The notes beneath the pieces were generated by a model. That model made no database searches and was not told where the DNA came from. It saw only the letters and a program-made list of their open reading frames with translations. A stretch of 64,000 bases of DNA, from contig CM120648.1 of the NCBI GenBank assembly GCA_051362555.1, positions 17,852,587-17,916,586 on the forward strand. Direction: 5' to 3'. This document shows, piece by piece, positions 59,407-64,000 of the stretch. The position numbers and the translations under genes were made by a program. The stretch is from Lingula anatina. Taxonomy: Eukaryota; Animalia; Brachiopoda. The number at the start of each line of letters is the position of its first letter. Position 1 is the first letter of the stretch.

Positions 59407-60470
59407 ACTGCTCAGTCGATAATTCCTCCTTATTGAATTAATATGATGATTAGAATCAATGAAACCCAGTAAATCTTTTTCTGCACTATCAATGGCGTGC
59501 GTGACTTAAATGACGTGACAGTGCAAATTGTTTCCCCAAGTTATAAAATTCATCACTCTACAATCTGAACTGGCACATGTGTGTCATGTGATCCTGTTTT
59601 TACACTGTGCGTTTGTCACGTTGTCCGTCCTCGGAATTTTTCGTAGATTACATCTTCACATATATTCAAACGAGTGAATATTTTTCTTGGTCAAGGTATA
59701 AATAATCCAGCCAACTATAAGGCTAAGTAGCCAATCCGCCCCTCTTCATTGTACAAGGGTTAAATAACTTTAATTTCTTTCCAGAAAGCTACAAATATTT
59801 ACAATAAATACTGTCTCCGAATCATTAACAGATTGATGTCGTCAAAAGTTTTTTTTTTTTTTTAATCTCCCTAGCGCATAAAAAGAGCTGTCCCTACATG
59901 TATATCAACACCTCACAGCGCAAGTAAGCCTCTCTGGATAATCAAATGTGAGGCTCATCACTGTGCAGCAAACTTATCCATTGTCACAAGCTATCGCAAA
60001 CAAAGTCGCCCTCCTATGTCCCACACATTATCAGGCAACAGTATCACGGGGTCGTTAATTTTGGCCACTACTGTAGGTTAATATTTAATGGAATAGGCCT
60101 ATAGGACTTCGACACCCCCTCCTTGTGTTTGCAGGTTTCATCACGCGATGAGATAAACATTATATCTCATCATCACTGGCGGATGAAAGGCTTTGCTTAT
60201 ATTGGGGACAGCGAAAGGTGGGGGGCGGGGGGGGGGGCAAGAATAATTTTACTGTATAGATGAGGACGATTTGAATATAATAAGCATGACAAAGTGACGG
60301 ACGATTAGTGGTGTGTAAGCTGATTTGGGGAGGAGAACTGGGTACCTCTTGAAGCTGGAGGTCGCACGTGATCTGATTATATAACTTCAGTGATAGGTGC
60401 AAGTTAACTGACATTGACCCTGAACTTCAGATATCCAAATACATACAATGTATCAGTTATTCACAATCAG

Positions 60471-61788
60471 GGGCCGGTTTCACAAAGCAGTAGTTAGTTA
60501 GAACAACTAACTACTGAACTACCTCGCTAACGAGCAAACTTAGCGATTTTCGAGGGGTGTTTCACGAAGCAGTCGTTAACTCATCGCTAAGTTCAGTCGT
60601 AAAGTTCGGTCGTTAGTTCTCTCGTTACTCACCGTAGTCTCGAAACCGTCTGCCGAAAGTGGAACTCTTGCGTAAAAGTGTCACGAAAGCACTAACTCTC
60701 CAATTTTTGGTGGCTGGAAATGCATAAGAACGTCTGCTTTGAGGTCGTCGTAAAGGATCTCCACCACCTTTTTGCCGCTCTTTTTGTCACAGCTAGGCGC
60801 AACCTCTCGTAAATTACATCATCGTGTGTATATTCTAATAGATTCTGCCTTTCATGAAAACGTCGTAGTCTACGTTGCCGTCTGGCGGTACGGATAGCAA
60901 GAAAAGTAGCCGCCATATTGGATACAAAGACAAACGACCAATCGGCAATCCTCGGCTCATTCCGCAAGCTCCATACTAACCTCGGATGTGATAGGCGGAG
61001 AAATATGCACCAAATCCATGCATTTTGTCCGCCGGAAATTCCTTCTCACTCAATCGATCATTCCGCTCATAAAGGCCAAGTTTATACAGTCAGTTATGCC
61101 TAAGTAGCAAAGGCATATTGTACAAAATACTATATTCAGTATTATTATATTGTGAATGAAGTAGTTAGCTTACATGTATTTTGGCAATGGAATGATCTAA
61201 AGAAGTTATACTTATTTAAGTGTATACAATTACAATTTATGTAAAACTGTAGTTTAGAGAGCTTGTAAAATGTAAATGTACACATTTTAATGCTCAATAA
61301 AATTATTATTATTATTATTATTATATAAAGATGGCTGTCAATACCCCTGATTTTTATGATGCTTTACAGTTTGCCAAACAATGCACTAAGATTGACTTTG
61401 ATTTAAAAGATAAATAGATACAGGCGTTGAAAGTATTAGGTTTAAATTAGCGCGAGGTTGAAAGTAGTTCCTTCCCAACAATCAACAATCAAATATGGCT
61501 GCCTCCGTATTACATCCGAGGTCATTGTCGAGTGCGGAGACATCCGAGTAGTTCCGAGTGACAAACGACAGACAACGGTAACTAAGCAACCTTTTTATTT
61601 CACTCATTACGCATGCGTACGATGAAACTCTAGAGTTAGCGACTGGTCTGACCAGTCGTTAAATATCCATGGTAACAACGAGACAATAACGAGCGAGAGA
61701 ACTAGCGACTGCTTCGTGAAACGGCACTATAACTAGCGAGAGGCTAACTACCGATCGCTAACTAACTACTGCTTTGTGAAACCGGCCC
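60471..61788 (-). mobile_element. Harbinger-type transposon deletion derivative, 1.3 kb
   Basis: TIR GGGCCGGTTTCACAAAGCAGTAGTTAGTTAG / CTAACTAACTACTGCTTTGTGAAACCGGCCC flanked by CAG and CTG (CWG target). Minus-strand remnant MAATFLAIRTARRQRRLRRFHERQNLLEYTHDDVIYERLRL resembles a Harbinger transposase N-terminus. Confidence 0.82.
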
Positions 61789-62028
61789 CTGGTGGTCACT
61801 GTCCACCTCTTAGGCCAATACAAGATAACGGCCCCAATGGTGGACATTCTTCCACCTATTTCTGAACAGTATCTGGGCTCGGAAAACTGCGATCAAGTGT
61901 GGTATTCTTGACTAAGGGCTTTATCCCAATAAAAGTCACGTTCTACATCGATCGATTCAACTACCAAAGGACTCTTGTTGAATGTAATCAGATTTACAGA
62001 ATAACACACCTTGTCTTGTTTCCAGCGT

Positions 62029-62273
<245 letters not shown>

Positions 62274-62616
62274 TGTATATCTGTGTTGTTGACACGTTTT
62301 AAGTGCTATGCTGTATTTGGAAGCAGAAGGGGGCGGCAATAGGGTACCTGTGAAGTTAGAGGGTTATCGAGATCTGATTATATAACTCCAGTGATAGGTG
62401 CAAGTTAACCGACATTGACCCTTAACTTTAGACATCCAAATGTATACAATGTATCAGTTATCTACAATATGGGGTCAGTTTGACCTGTCCATCCTTAAGG
62501 CCAATACAAGTTAATGGACACAGTGATTGGTGTTATTTTACCTATTTCTGGAGAAGCTCAGGCTGGGTTCGAAAATAATGCGCCGCATGCAGTGTTGTTT
62601 ACCTGACAAAGGGCTC

Positions 62617-62683
<67 letters not shown>

Positions 62684-64000
62684 TACGCACGTGCGCGCGG
62701 GTGAGTGTGCGTGCATTTTCTTCCCACTCGCACTCACACTTCTGAGCACTGATCAGATCGACCAGACCCGAGATCTGTGGTCCGTTATTAGATATCGTCG
62801 GTTCTCTGGTTAACAAACGTGTTAAAGACATATTTTATTTGTGGCACTTAATCTAACAGTAAAGTACACGAAAAAGAATTCAATTTGACACTAACGGCAT
62901 GTACAAAAGAAGGGAGGCACTGGACAAAATTTTCAAGGTCACTCATATCAAGCGCGTCAAATACGTCCAAGTGACGATGAAGAGGAAAGCGTGAGACAGT
63001 ATCAGGGGTGTCTACAGAACACGTGTGCGGGTATTTCTTATCACAATTTGAACTGCGTCTAAAGTTGTCTTATCTGTCCTGCCAAGGTCGGCGACAAAAC
63101 GCAGGAACAAAATCAAGACTTAATTATGTCTAAATGTTGATCTTACACCTCTGGTGCATCAGTCGCAGTCATTATGGGCCAGGTATCAATAACTGTGTTT
63201 AATTAACCAAAATGATCCCGAAGACGAATACAAACAAAGCACGGGGCTTCTGGTTAGACACAAAGAGCTGATCAATTGCCTTTCCATTTGAGTATTGAAC
63301 TCAACCACACACATAAAACAGTAATAAGACCGGTATATTTTTCTACTCTGAAAGGGCCAACAAAACATTTCCCATTAATTGATACAATACATTAAATAGA
63401 CTTGAAACAAAAACAGTTTTTTTTTTTTTTTTTATGTGCGACTGTCTACAAACGGCTCCAACAACGACAGGTGTATTTACAACAAGGAATGTCAGTCCAC
63501 TGCTTCCACTATATGTGCTTCCACAAGGCCGATCATCTCAGGTCAATTGAAGACCAAATTGCTACGTTGACGGAAGAACTACTGCAAATAGCACAACAAC
63601 ATGACGAGATGTTAAAAACAAACAAACAAACAAACAAAATAAAATTGCCGGGAAGCGGTATCACCCAATTGAAGGGAACATTTGTAAACACGCAAAATTA
63701 GTGTTATTGTTGGTAAATAATAACTTTTGCTGACTCGTCACATTATAATTTTTAGGATGTTGAGTCTTATTGAATATTTGATATATAATTTTTATCCTAA
63801 GGCCATAACATTTAATGCATGCAACAATTTGCTACATTGTTATTATTGTTAAAATGATTAGGATAGTGGGGTTATATGATAAAAGCGGCCTTGTTTGGCC
63901 AAATCACGAACAATCAATATTCCTTGTTGCCTTCTTTCTTGTTATGAATGAGACTATATATGAAAGTTTGTGGTACAGTGAGATGGAGGAGACATAAATT

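Overview
Animal (probably lophotrochozoan invertebrate) genomic DNA; AT-rich and full of microsatellites. It holds four intron-containing genes: the 5' part of ING4/5 (minus strand), a complete 28-exon NEURL4 (plus strand, about 1419 aa, head-to-head with ING4/5 across 252 bp), a WSC-like/mucin/2x-sushi single-pass membrane protein (plus strand, 5' end not resolved), and a 4-exon GPR157-like GPCR (minus strand). The 29-46 kb interval is a nest of DNA transposons (Academ-like > Tc1 > Academ-like; Academ-like > EnSpm-like), and there are Helentron-type, Harbinger-type and hAT-type non-autonomous elements and a tRNA-SINE. The most striking signal is repeated tandem duplication of exon/intron junctions ('mirage'-type minisatellites) at 7-8 splice sites. 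One exon end plus donor is amplified about 51 times over 4.5 kb with higher-order structure, and the intronic copies of exon sequence differ from the exon almost only at synonymous sites. All calls were made by eye from the sequence; no searches were run.
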